From Schmidtea polychroa (Eukaryota), in contig CM097888.1 of assembly GCA_044892525.1 (NCBI GenBank), positions 69,812,001 to 69,876,000 of the forward strand: 64,000 bases of DNA, written 5' to 3'. Both the position numbers and the translations under genes were made by a program. Below the pieces are notes generated by a model, which was given only the letters and a program-made list of their open reading frames with translations, searched no databases and was not told where the DNA came from. Every line of letters starts with the position of its first letter. Within the stretch, counting starts at the first letter, position 1. Below, one piece after another: positions 38,892-51,607 of the stretch.

Positions 38892-41707
38892 CCCTAAAGT
38901 TTTGAATATAATACCCGGGTACTCAAATTGGTTATTTATACTCAGGTACACTATTGGGAACGTAACATATGTGTATATCTGCACAGTGAATGTATTATCT
39001 AAAATTAGAATAAAACAAATTATTATATAATTAACAAAAAAACTATATTATTAATTCAAAAAACAATAAGATTATGCATTAATAATAAAAAAACTGTAAA
39101 CATTTCCTGTTGCTCCAATGTCTGGTGTGTCAGGCATAATAATGTCATCATTTTTGGCTCCACCATATATTTCGAAGCGGTATGAGTAACCATAGCTATA
39201 GCACAAAACTTTACACCCCATTTATGGTGTTTATCTGGTTAAAACTGGCGTAAATGGTGAACCATTTTTGTTGAACACATTTGTTCATCAATTGATAACC
39301 GAGCATTTTTCGCTATAGAATCAAAGCGCTCAAGTAAAAAGTGTCGCAACTTTTCTAATTCGAAAAATGGGATCATATCCTGTCTCACCCTTTTTTATAC
39401 GATTTGATATATCGTTAAATGATAAATATTTTTTTATCTGCTCAAATCTACTTTTCGACATAGACTCCGGTATGTGACGAAACCCGAATTCACTCCAGTG
39501 ATCTTCTATATTTGGATAACAGAAAACTGACATAAAAATCAGAATTCCGTATTTATCAATTTTAAACTGGGTGTTTACGTTTTCTGCAATTGCAGCTCGC
39601 TGGGTTTCCGAACTTATCAATTCCAATAGATCTTCAGTAAAAAAATAATTAAAAAAATCCAACGGTGTTTGTAATTTCTCCACTTCAATGGTTAAATCTG
39701 TATTTCCTCTAAATGCAACTTCATTGACATGAAGCTGAATGTCTTTTTGACGCCATAATATTTCTTTAAACTCTTGCGATTCTTTGTCAATATTCACTAA
39801 ATTACCTCCAATGAATCCACCAGCTGATGGTATTATATGTGGTCCTGAATCCTCTATGTTTGGTAATGGTGATCGAGCTCTTTTCTTAGGCTTGAATGAT
39901 TTTTTTCCTTCTGGAACTGGAACTCCATCCTGTGACGTTGACATTGTGGTTTCTGTTGGTAGTTCCTGATGTTCTTGATCCTCGGTAGAGAGCAGAGATA
40001 CATCCAGTTCACCGACAGCGTCGATTTGACCAGTGTTAGCTTCAGGTTGATATTCTAGATTTTTAAAATCATCATCAAAATCAGATTCATTGTCGGTTTC
40101 CACTGAATTCATTAATTCTTCAATTTGTTTGTCAGTCATTAAAGACAAATTGTACTTTTTATTTTTATCAAATCCTGACATTTTCTGAAATAAAAAAATA
40201 TATAAAAATACATACAAAATAACAGTAAAACTATATAAAAATAAAATTTCACAATGGTGAAATATAAAGAATTTTTTTTGCCCTAACCACTAATACCGTC
40301 TGTAGACGGTGTTTACAAAATTTTCATTTTGAACACAAAAGAAAACAAAAAAAAGATAAAAATAGTAACTTTTCAGTACCAAAAAAACTGTTTTCTTTAT
40401 GAAAACATGTTTTCAACCAACGTAACATTAAATCTGTGGTCATCGACCACCCAAGCTAACACAAAGATCGATGTCTTTTGGTAAATTAACTTTTGGTATT
40501 TTTTTAATTCTTTTAGTATAATAAGAGTGTGCAGCAATTTTCCCGCAGCGGAGATGCACAGAACAACAGTGAAACGATTTTTATTATGTTCAGTATCCAA
40601 ACCATCAACTTGTTTTTCACCTTGGAAATGCAAAGTTTTATTATAAGACATGTCAAAATAACATGGAGTTTCATCCATATTGTAAATACCGTTTTTGGCA
40701 AATTTAATTGTTTTCATATTTACGGCTATTAAATAATTTTGAACTTTATTGAATAATTCAGTAGCCGTACAATTATCCTGTTGACTTTGGTGAGTTATTT
40801 TTCTCGAAGTAATCTTGTTTCTGCGACAAACATTTCGAAGCCATTTGCTGCTGTAATGAAATAACCCATTTTCTGGTGAGTCTGGAATGTTTTCTGAAAT
40901 TTTTTTTGCTTGTCTTCGAAGCTTATTATAATTAACAACAAGTTTTTTGGATCGCTGTTTTCTAAACCAGTCCACTAAAAGATTTTCAATTACGCGAAAT
41001 TTTGGCTTAGAACCTCCACCCAAAACTTTACTCTTGCTTCTTTTATTTATTAATCCAAGAAAATCATTCTCCAGACGTAACCATTTCCTGATTTGATTTC
41101 TTTGGTAACCAGTGTCTTTTTCTAAAATATGTAATGACTCTCCATTCTTTAATCGCGATACAAATTTGCAACTTGAGTTCAATTGTGATATTCTTCCTTT
41201 TCGATGACATGGCTGTATTAAAATAAAATGTTAAATAAAAAAAGAAAATTTCAAAACACTAATGACACCTACCTATACTGTGATAGGCCAAAAATATTAA
41301 TCTAATATATTTTTAAACTTTTTCGAAACTTTTTTTAATTGATATCAGATTTTAGATTTTTTGTTGTTTAGTTGTCAAATGAGAATTTGTTTATAATATT
41401 TGTTTATAATATTCAAAAATCGTTTTTATTTTCGGCCTCCTTGTCTATATTTACACTTGTCAAAATGATGTTTAACAAATATAAATGGATTTATTAATAG
41501 ATGAAATTTCACACCATTTTCATAATGGTTTTAGTAGTAGATAGAATAAAACTAGCATGAATCATAAATCCAATATGAAGTTTGAAATTAATTTCCAAAA
41601 AAAAATCCAATTACTGTACCCGGGGTACTGTATTTGAAGAAATGTTGCTATTAGTGTATCCGGGGTACTCTATTCGGGGGGGGGGTACTATATTCAGAAC
41701 TTTACGG
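38892..41707 (-). mobile_element. pogo/Tc2-like DNA transposon (HTH-CENPB + partial DDE_1), truncated, enclosing a piggyBac fragment
   Basis: TIRs CCCTAAAGTTTTGAATATAATACCC (38892) and GGGTACTATATTCAGAACTTTACGG (ends 41707), TA on both flanks. ATG 41210 with a frameshift into ORF 40397-41182 (YNMDETPCYFD, RFTVVLCISAAG). Confidence 0.85.
39100..40181 (-). mobile_element. piggyBac transposase, N-terminal half
   Basis: ATG 40181 after a TTTCAG acceptor. TPLDFFNYFFTEDLLELISSET, MSKSRFEQIKKYLSFND, DPIFRIR, then frameshifted SIDEQM and RFEIYGG. No TTAA-CCC terminus seen. Confidence 0.85.
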
Positions 41708-42015
41708 TAGTTTTTTCTTTCATTAATTTTCTACATCTATTGAAATGTTGTTTTTATTTCAACTTTTGTGAATTTTGAAAATTTTAAAACTTAGGATTTT
41801 TAAAAGTTTGAATTGAGAAAACAGAATTCTATGAATCGAAATCTATCTATGGGCGTAATGATAATGGAATCCCTAGATTTTTTTAATTATGACGATAATT
41901 AATCGAAAATAATTTTATCGCTTCGTTTGTTTGAATATAAATGTCACTGAATATTTTTACTCTAGAATTAATTAATTGAATAGTGCATATTATTGTGGAT
42001 TTTAAGTATGTAGTT

Positions 42016-42118
42016 TGGCTGTAGGTCAATATGTCAATTGGCTGTAGGTCAATATGTCAATTGGCTGTAGGTCAATTAAACGAAATTTGCTCGCCCCATA
42101 CGCCCCACTGGTCACTAG
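42016..42118 (+). repeat. 23-bp tandem repeat followed by a CTAG end, possibly a Helitron-type 3' terminus
   Basis: TGGCTGTAGGTCAATATGTCAAT x~2.6, then GC-rich CGCCCCATACGCCCCACTGGTCACTAG|T. Confidence 0.35.
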
Positions 42119-42149
42119 TGTTAAAAACCTTTAGTGTAGGTTAATAAGA

Positions 42150-44620
42150 CCATCAATTAATAGTTCTTTAATATCCCTAGTATCCAGACATTTAAAGCTG
42201 GTTCATTTAAATCATTTTCAGATGTCATTACATGATTATTTTCGTTAATATTTGTAACCATATCTATTATTTCATCCTCGTTTAATTCACCATCAATTAA
42301 TAATTCTTCAATATCTCTAGTATCCAGGCATTCAAAACCTTCTTCTAACTGATGTGCTAAATCAACAATTTGAATGATTTATTGTTGTGGTTGGCGTAGT
42401 CCTTTCTGGTAATTTGGCAATAGTTGCACCACTTTTCAATTGATCATCTATTTTGTCTATTTCAATTAATATTTTACCTTGTTCAACTTCTGATTTTAAG
42501 TTACAGGTTTGCAAAAGATCTGATTTGTTCTTGAATAAATTAGACATTGCATTGAAGAAATTTTGTTCGATTTTCTCTAAAACATTTCCAATATAATTCA
42601 TTTTAGAATCGGAATCCGTGAGTGACGTAAAATTTCTTCCATCGAATTCGACTTTAATTTTTTTACATAATTTATTTACTATAATTCGGCAATTATGACC
42701 ATTTATTAATAATGCAGCAAAATGCAAGTTATCATTTCCAAAGTTCTCTACATTGAGATATTTTAGAGAATCCATGCATTCGAATGAATCTTTGGAATAA
42801 CAATAAGAATTTTTAGCTAGCGAAAAACAACCCAATTGAGGTTTTTGCATATCGTTTATTTTACTCATAAAAATATTCTGATGAATAAGTCAAATTGCAG
42901 GTAAAGATATTTTTAATTTAATTTACAAAGTTTTTAATTTGAATTACAAAAATTTACAGATCTGAGTAAAACAAAAATATATATATAATAGAAACTACAT
43001 AAAAAATGTAAATATAATCAGACCAGGTAAACATATTCAACAGGCATTTCTCATTTACAAAATGTCCGATTATTTCTAAAGATTTTACAGCCTGCCGATT
43101 TGTCCATGAACCATTTTGACCATTGTCATTCGCATACAATATTTGAGGAAATGTATATCCTTTGCCGTTCTGATCCTTTTTTGCATTATCACCTTGATCA
43201 GAATTTGTAAAGACGTGTGGTGGTTTGATAAAAAGATCTTTTCGGGTTCATATTATTGTTAGGATTTGTTCCGTATTTCGCGAATTGTAATGGATGAGGG
43301 TGTTGGTCTATGAAAGCCAACACTAAAACTATTGGGAGCCGAATACAGTTTATCTTGATAATGATAACATGGCATCGAATTTGCTTTACTCGCCTGAGAT
43401 TGATTAATAGAGCCTGATTGATAAGTAGAAGTATTAGCTGATCGCACGAATTTTGATTGACTGTAATTGTGTTCTGCTTGGTCCTTATTCGCTGGTGACC
43501 GCGCATTTATAGATATAATATAATATAATATAATATAGTATAATAGGTATATAGATATTGTTAAGGCCGTGTAACGGCTCACTACATTTATTCCTCAATT
43601 GTTGCTACAGTATTACATTCTGCTAAAATATCGGACCATATATTTTTTTCCAGCATGACTTTAAAGTTGAATGTCTTATTTGTTTTGATGCCACTGCCGC
43701 AAGTAAAATTTTTCCAAACTTCAGTTAATGTTAGATTTATTTTCATCTAATTTGCCTAGTGTTTTAAGAGACTCTTTGATGTAGTGAGTTTTGAATGTTG
43801 CAACTATTCCCTGATTCAGCGGTTGAATTAAGGAATTTGTATTTGGTGGTAAAAAGACAACCAATACGTTTGTATGATGCAAATTTTGTGGATGGCCAGG
43901 AGCATTATCTATTAACAACAGTGCATTGAATTGAAGCTTCTTTTCTCTGCTTCTGGAACGAAATAATTGTAAAACCAATCAGTAAAAATTGTGGCAGTAA
44001 GCCATGCTTTTTTATTGACCATTCAATGAACTGGAAGATTATTCATGTCTATTCCTTTCATTGCACGTGGTTTAGGAGCTCGGTGAATAACTAATGGTTT
44101 CATTATACGATCACCAGGTGCTTTACTACAAAATAGAAATGTTACGATTTCTTTCGCTACTTTAAATCCACTTGCAATTTTCTCTGCTTTAACTGAGTTA
44201 GTTTTGCTTGGCATTTTTTTCCAGAACATTCAATATTTGATTAGGAACATATGATCCTTCTGTAATGATTTTTGAAAGTTCTTGTATAAATTTTTTGGTG
44301 GATTCATCAACAGTAGACGCAATTTCACCTTTGATTTTAAGACTATGTAATGCATATCTCTTTTTGGAATTCTCAAACCATCATTTAATACTAGACAAAT
44401 GTTTTTTTATTATTTTCAGATCTCGTAGCTTGATTTTTTTCCTTTATTTTGTTAAAAATTCTAACAGCTTTATGCTTTATTAGGTTATTATCAATAGGAA
44501 TACTTTTTTGGTTATCTTTATCCCCGTCCCCATGATTCCCGTGGCCTCATCTTTTTTGTATAATGAAAACTTACAACTTATTATAGATTCAGAAGCCACA
44601 CTACTTCTAATATCTTCCTC
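42150..44620 (-). mobile_element. Degenerate Tigger/jerky-type transposase, split by a solo LTR
   Basis: WFENSKKRYALHSLKIKGEIAS, KKAWLTATIFTDWF, ALLLIDNAPGHP, FLPPNTNSLIQPLNQGIV. The C-terminal IVDLAHQLEEGFECLDTRDIEELL resumes below 42383. Confidence 0.85.
42383..43586. mobile_element. Solo LTR (1204 bp) containing an ORF
   Basis: Begins TGTTGTG and ends CACTACA. 5-bp TSD TTTAT at 42378-42382 and 43587-43591. Interrupts the Tigger coding sequence. Confidence 0.85.
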
Positions 44621-46250
44621 ATTTTTTTAATAGTGCGTATGGTAGATTAATTCATTCCAAAACTTCTAGCCAATGATGTGCAAGGTATTATTATGTCAGA
44701 TAACGAAATTTTAGAGTCGAAGGTTGATTTAAACATGTATTATCCAGCCTTGTTTATCACAAAGATTCAGCATCAGGTTTCTAACATAAATCCAAATATT
44801 TCAAATTTAGAAAAGATTCTAAACGAACCACGTATATTAAAAAATATATATTTGTGTTAAATTGGGTAAGAGGAAATATTAAGTATTCATGACGATAAAT
44901 AATAGATAAAATTTGACAGATTCAAAACATTAAAATCTATGAACACCAGATAGCAATAAATCACTAAATCACTAAAAAGCACGGAATTTTCAAAGTACAA
45001 TTAAGGTTGGTCTCCTTGGTCTTGGGATTTTCAATACAACTTTCAATTATCTCTAAAAAAGCATGAAATTTTCTAATTAAATTAAGGTCGGTCTCCTTGG
45101 TCTCAGGATATTTTCAATAGAAAAAGGCGGTCTTCAATAAAAAAGCATTGTAATTTAAGGTCTCGTGATATTTTCAATAGAAAATACTCCAAAATAACAC
45201 ATTCAATTATCAGTGAATTATCAAAATCATATTTTAAAAGGAAAAACAAATTTATCATTTATCATATTTCTTGAGAAAAAAAATCTATTTACACATTACG
45301 AGTAGAATAATAACAATTCAATTTGTTGTTATATTGATATTGATATTCGGTCTTCACCTCTATAAAAACAACATCTTATAAATAGACAAAATTTGATAAA
45401 ATTCGGAAACGTTTCTAAAGAAAGAAAATAGATTTGCAAGACATCAGAAACGAGATATCGTTAATAAATGCAAAATATATAGACGACTAATTATCGAAGT
45501 AACTCCATGTTAAAAGCGTAGCTAAGGGTAGGAGACAGGCGCTCCATGGTATTAGATCAGTGGGTGCTAAAATGGACTGAAATTTAGATAATGTATTGTC
45601 ACTTTTATACCCTTTTTCTTGATGTTTTGTTATTTAAGATCTCATCATTGTGATAAAGCCTGTGATAAATGATGATTGATGACTTAATTTAATTTTAGTA
45701 TAAACCAAGGCTATAAGAAATTAGATGTTATATTTCAATTTGCCATTATTGTGCAGCATGCGACGGAACATGAAATATGAAATCCGTCGATGACTATGTG
45801 CAGGATAAACTTGGAAATATATAAAGGCTACAAAATTATCCACATAACAATATTTCAAACAATAATGATTTTTAGAGTTGGAGCAAAAATATAAATATTG
45901 TCCCCTGGCGTCACATACCCTTCCATGATGAGAACTAAGTCGTTTTATTTCATTCATTCATTTGATAACCGAAGGCATAAGACAAAGTAAAATTAACAAT
46001 ATGAATGATACATTGTCAACACAAAATTTATTAAAAAGCTTGACTATGAATCAATAAATATATTAATGTTTTTAATATATTTACTGATTCATTGTCAAGC
46101 TTTTTTATAAATACAATGGAAAAGAAGTCAGTGATGAAATTTGAATAAATAACCTAAAATAAGTCCAATATTAAAACTGTTTTTTAAACTTATATTCGAT
46201 TATACACAAATCCATCGATTTACGCGGTAGATACGCTCCAAGAAACTAAC

Positions 46251-46362
46251 GCGCAAATCGAGACTTCAAATTCATACAAAAATGATAGATAGGTTCCAGA
46301 AAATAAAAATATGCGTAAATCGAGACTTCGAGTTCATATAAAGTAAGGGGATAGGTTCCAGT
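46251..46362. repeat. Two diverged ~62-bp tandem units (AAATCGAGACTTC...GATAGGTTCCAG)
   Basis: Read directly. Confidence 0.6.
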
Positions 46363-47130
46363 AAGTCGCGTAAAACGAGGCATTAAAAAATACATGAAGA
46401 AAACAAAATGCATAGTAAATTAATTGAATAGTTTTCAAATGTACATACTTTTTAATATTTATTTAAATTATATTACACCTAATTCCGAAATTTAGTAACT
46501 TCTGTAATCTAAAAAAATCAATAAATTTATAGTATAGGAACACACAAACATACCTGTGTGTAGTGTTGCGGGTACACTACTCGGATGACCCTTTTCTAGT
46601 GCAGCTTTAGTCTAGAGGATGAATGCCCACCTTGATTTCGCCCATCATTTATTTGGTCATCGCCGAGCGGGACCCGTACATAACCTACACTCCAGCATAG
46701 CACCCGTGAATTGCTTCACGTTGGAACTGTGCTATGCCGGCGAGACGCCAGTAAGCAGGTGAGCCAGCTCCTTCGGACTACTCCTTACTGAGGCCTCGAC
46801 TTCCCAACCCTGACTGCCGATAGAAGGACTTACGTCTACTCATTCCGTCGCCCCTCGCAATAATTCTAGCTGAGTTTACCAACTGACTAATGCTCCTCAT
46901 AATTTTATGACTCTCAATGCCATTTACCAATTTCAACTCAACTGTCTTAAGGTGAGCACAAAGAAAAAACGTATGCAGACAAAAATGGTTTATTATTAAG
47001 GTTATCACACAAATATATCTAACACCTATACAATAAAATTCCCGACAACAGGAAAAGAGACAAAGGTAAAAATGTTATCAGACAATGTTCGGGCCATTTC
47101 AGAGAACGAAGACTTTTTACGGAGAAATTC

Positions 47131-47880
47131 TCATTTCTCCCACTCCGAGTCTGCCAATAGATCTTCCAAATCGAAAAACTCAGAGGCATTTTCCTCCCAG
47201 GTAACACCAGCGGCGGAGATGATTCGCCCTGAGATCACTGATGCTAAATCGATTGCTGCAGGAGGGTTGATGACTTTGATTGGATGATCCGACGATCGCG
47301 GGTTCTGTTTGGCGGTTACGCGTTCCCGCTGTTTCTTTTTGCGTTCGGCTCTCGATAATTGCCGACGCTTTGGTTTCGATGCCGTTGGATTGGTCGGGGG
47401 TGCTGCGGAGGTGGATGCTATCGCAGGTAGCACGTTACTGGTTCCGGTAAAGATGATTTCTGGTTCTTTAGGTGAGAGCTCGGTCTCTACGCACCCATGG
47501 CAAGGCTTTCCGACTGGAGAAGAAGACCCGCCCGAGATATCATGATGCGCTGGGAAGAGATTACCGGCTTCATTACTTGGGATCTTCGCGATCTTCCTTG
47601 TAATTGCTGCCTGGACGTATAATTTGTGCAGCGCCTCCGACTGCTCTTTTATCAGGCTCCTCTGCGCCCGACTCTCGGAAATCAACGCGTCTCTACAGTG
47701 CTCGCTTCGGTGCAGCTTCTTCTGAGCCTCCTTCATCTGGGTGGGACTGAACCATGTCCCCTCTAACTCATCTATCTTTCTTTTGTGCTTTCCGATCTGG
47801 GCCTGGAGCTCCTTGATAATTGAATTCTTGTCGGAGCAAGAAAAACAAGGTCGAAGAACGGTCTTGGAATTTGGCAACAT
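47131..47880 (-). CDS. 249-aa accessory protein: CxxC, coiled coil, CxxC, basic NLS-like patch, acidic-aromatic tail
   Basis: Intact ORF preceded by a strong acceptor TTATTCTCATTTTCCATTTTTTCCACAG, 8 nt before ATG. No family recognised. Confidence 0.6.
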   Translation of the reverse strand: MLPNSKTVLRPCFSCSDKNSIIKELQAQIGKHKRKIDELEGTWFSPTQMKEAQKKLHRSEHCRDALISESRAQRSLIKEQSEALHKLYVQAAITRKIAKIPSNEAGNLFPAHHDISGGSSSPVGKPCHGCVETELSPKEPEIIFTGTSNVLPAIASTSAAPPTNPTASKPKRRQLSRAERKKKQRERVTAKQNPRSSDHPIKVINPPAAIDLASVISGRIISAAGVTWEENASEFFDLEDLLADSEWEK

Positions 47881-50800
47881 TTGAGTGACTGTGGAAAAAA
47901 TGGAAAATGAGAATAATTAAATCGACGTGAGTGTCACCATCTAACCACATTCCGACTTTACTGATCATAGACAAAGATATGGGTTTACTAGTCAAGACAA
48001 GTTCTACTGTACGATGGATCCTCATACCTTTTGGATCTTTAATTGTAAGAGGATAAATCGATCAAACCAAATTTCGTACAAGGAAAGGAAGGTATTACCA
48101 TTTGTGAGAGAAATTCTAGGTCGATGAAAATGATTATTTAGTTAATCCGCTTGCAATCATTATCTCACGTTTACTGAGAGTCGAATTAAATTGTTGACTT
48201 TTCCCCCCGAACGAGTGATTTTGATGAGTGCATCATATACTGGGGTCGAGTGACTATCTATGGAAAAAGGGGTCCATAATGTCCGTTGATCAGTTCCTAC
48301 CGGATAAACGGAAAGTTATTTAATTTTTTAATTATTTATTCATTCTCTCTAATTACTCACATATGTGTTTTACCTGGTTTAAATAATATTCGATATTAAT
48401 ACTAATGATAATTATGTCAAAAATTGAAATAATTTCTGTGCCATTCATGCTAAGATAATAAAGAGAGAATAATCATAATTATGATCGGGTTTGGCATTAA
48501 AAATTATTGTCTTTATGATAACCGAGCACGGTATCAATGTGAGCTAGAAGCCGACCATTCCTGCTAGGTAGATAAGGAAATGTCAGCCCGGTGGTTGACT
48601 ATTAATCCGGAGCGGTGAAATCCGATACCTGTCGGTAGTTTAATTAGTTAATAGAAATTCCATCTGGTATGTTCAGTCTGATTTTACATGAGTAGGGACG
48701 GGTGTGACTTTACCCACTGCGCTTGGCTACTGTGTATGTCTGCAACTGGTGACGCATGCAAGGTGCGCTTTCACACACTTAATTATGCTACAAATGTATG
48801 TGTTCAATGTTTGCATGATGGCATTTCTCAGAATTTTATCTACCGCGAAATCGCTCACAGTTCTACTGCATATGATGATGATTTACTAATTCTCACCGGA
48901 TTATTGGAAAAATTATAATTATCTGTATTGCAAATGTTGGATATAGCTTGCTCCAAGGGTGGATTTTTCGTCTTTAATTCCTCAAGCCTAGTTTATCAAT
49001 CTACTCTCTAAGTGCTGGAGGATTTTTTCTATCTCTGCTGGATTGCCAACCTCATGTAATACTGGAATTTTGTATTTAACAAGATTATCGGCTAACTTGA
49101 AGAAATATATTTTCTTGGTTCGAATTGGTTGCATTTTTCATTGTTAAATTAGTTGATGCCAATAGTTTATGTAATTAGGATAATTAATTGTATGTAAATT
49201 CTTTTATATATAATTCTAAAAATTTATGATAGAGAATCATTTTATGTAATTTAAACGTTCATTTGGAACAAACTCGTTTTATGCAATTCTGAATCACTTT
49301 TTGGATTAAATCATTTTACATGGTTCTACCATTTATTCACAAGCAGTCATTTCGAGTAATCCTAATACTTATCTGAAGCCATCTACTTTGAACTCCCTTG
49401 CAACTATGTCTTTAAGAGAACTTTTAGATGAACGGAATAACAGTTCAGAAGGTCATAGGCTAAAAATTAGTCGGAACAGATTCTGAGTGAAAAATATGAA
49501 CCTCGAAGATATGTCACAGATAGCCTCACTAAGGTTTGAACAATTCTTGACGCACAACTTACATTGATGATGGAGAAAATTTTCTTAGCAAAAACGACAT
49601 TCAAAAACGATAGTGTGACACCCTCAATCACTGCGCGAATACATCAAAATTCTCCGATTCCCTTATTACATATCTTTGTTTTCAATCACTACATGACTAT
49701 CAATTTTCTGCCACCATTTACCTATAGATTTTAGTCGCACCTTCAGCAATTGGACCCGTGAAGAAGCCTTCACATTTCGGCCCAATCTAGCTGCGTGATT
49801 GAAATACCCTATGTCCACCGGTGGAGCTCCCGAAGGCACCTCACACCATGACATAGAGTATCTCAACGCCACGTTTCTCGCAAAATTGAATAGTCTCCAA
49901 TAATAATTCATAAAAATTGATTCGTAAAAGATCAATAATTCTTAACGAGCAAATCATTTATTATTAAGCAAATTATTAATTTAAATAAAGCATTCTAAAA
50001 TCAAACGAAAAGAAAAACCATTTTTCAAATTAAAAATATAATTAAACTATACGCATTACTTAAAAATTCAAAATAAGCAATCAAAAATCCTTATCGAATG
50101 ATTGATACTAGTATGGGCTGAGTCGAAAAGGGTACTATGTCAAATCAGTTAATGCTTGAATATCGTCTAGTTCTGTAAAAATCTCTTGAATCTTGGAATT
50201 GTCCTCGTGAGTTATCGTGCGTTAGTTGCTGGAGTTCTGTTCTGTCGTAGAATAGATTTACCTATTGAGGTGGTTTGATTAACAGTAGTTGTTATGTTTT
50301 TAATGCCTGCTTATATATTAATTTTTTGTTTGCGCGGACCAATTAGAATTGAGTACCGCTTAATTTTATTAATTTAATTTATTTTCCTTGTTTTTGAGTT
50401 ATTTCTTCTTATTTTCTTTATTAAAATTATGTTTTTATTTATTTTCCTTAATTTTCTTATTATTTACTATATTTTACGTTGTTTTCCGCCATTCTATTGT
50501 CCTATTTTAATTTTTTCTCATCTTTATATTTTTTGTTTTAATTCCTATTTTCTAATTATTGTTTTTCTTATGTTTTATTCTATTTTATTTGTCAATTTAT
50601 TTGTTTTTATTTTTTATTTTATTTTAGTTAAGTTTGCCCTAATTTCCCAACTACCCTTCGACTCAGCCCAACAAATCACTCGGGGACCCATCAAAATTGC
50701 GTCCCGCAATTGCATAGTTATCTTACTTCATGCATTCATAAAAAGGATATATCGAAACAATTATACTACAATAACAAAAACAATTTTATTCTAAGATATA

Positions 50801-50906
50801 GGTCAAAACAAGACCAAGCAAGTATCACTTAAGGTGATAGTTTGTATATACAATAAAAGTTTCTACATATGATAACACCAATGTTTGAGTTAGAGTCTAT
50901 GAACTG

Positions 50907-51566
50907 CTAACCATTTGATGCTTCTGCTGACGGTTGTTGGTTGGTTTGGGTATTGGTGTTGAGATAGGTCTGATTGTTAGAATTCGGCTGGATTGGTTGG
51001 TTACTCGGGATTCGAGGTCGGAATGGGGTTGGGTTAAGATTTGTCAGTGGCACTTCTTGAGGATTTCTGTTCGAGATTACTCTTATTGATGTCGAGATTC
51101 TGCATCTATTTCTAACTTCGTAGATCTTCATGAGTATTGGTAGACATAGGAGGAGGGTTTCTGCGATCACCACATATATGAGATAATGGGTGTCATTGAT
51201 TTCGGGAGGTGTTTTTGGTTTTTCTACAAGATTTTCAAAATTCTCTTGTTGCATTTGTTGTTCCAACTGGTCGAATTGTTGAATTTGTTCGAGGATTTGT
51301 TTGTTTATCATTTTACAAATGGGATTCTTTTTACACATTGTTTGGATGTTGTTGATGTGTGATCGGGTTGATTGAATGGTTTGGATGATATGGATTTTTA
51401 CTGTCATAGGGTATGTGCATTGGCCGGATTCTTGTTTAGGTTCTTGATTTTGATTTCGGTAATCTCGTACGATTTTCGGTTGGGCGTTTACTTGTTTGTT
51501 CTCCATCAGAATCATCAATACCGTTATTGTTATCATCATCTCGCCTCGCATGATACTATTATACAT
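50907..51566 (-). CDS. Predicted type I membrane protein (signal peptide, small ectodomain with Cys, one TM, Pro/Gln/Asn-rich tail)
   Basis: Hydrophobic MMITITVLMILM...VNA/QP, MCKKNPIC, TM YLIYVVIAETLLLCLPILM. Start could be 51551 or 51539. Confidence 0.7.
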   Translation of the reverse strand: MYNSIMRGEMMITITVLMILMENKQVNAQPKIVRDYRNQNQEPKQESGQCTYPMTVKIHIIQTIQSTRSHINNIQTMCKKNPICKMINKQILEQIQQFDQLEQQMQQENFENLVEKPKTPPEINDTHYLIYVVIAETLLLCLPILMKIYEVRNRCRISTSIRVISNRNPQEVPLTNLNPTPFRPRIPSNQPIQPNSNNQTYLNTNTQTNQQPSAEASNG

Positions 51567-51607
51567 TCATTATGGTTTATTTACAATTGGTTTTAGTGAC
51601 CCCTAAT

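Noticed and set aside
48688-48918. Cys/His-rich 76-aa plus-strand ORF inside the putative element end
   Set aside because: Short, spacing fits no zinc-finger class I can name, and no supporting signals.
50668-50690. CAACA as the start (minus strand TGTTG) of the giant element's 3' LTR
   Set aside because: No polypurine tract on the appropriate side.
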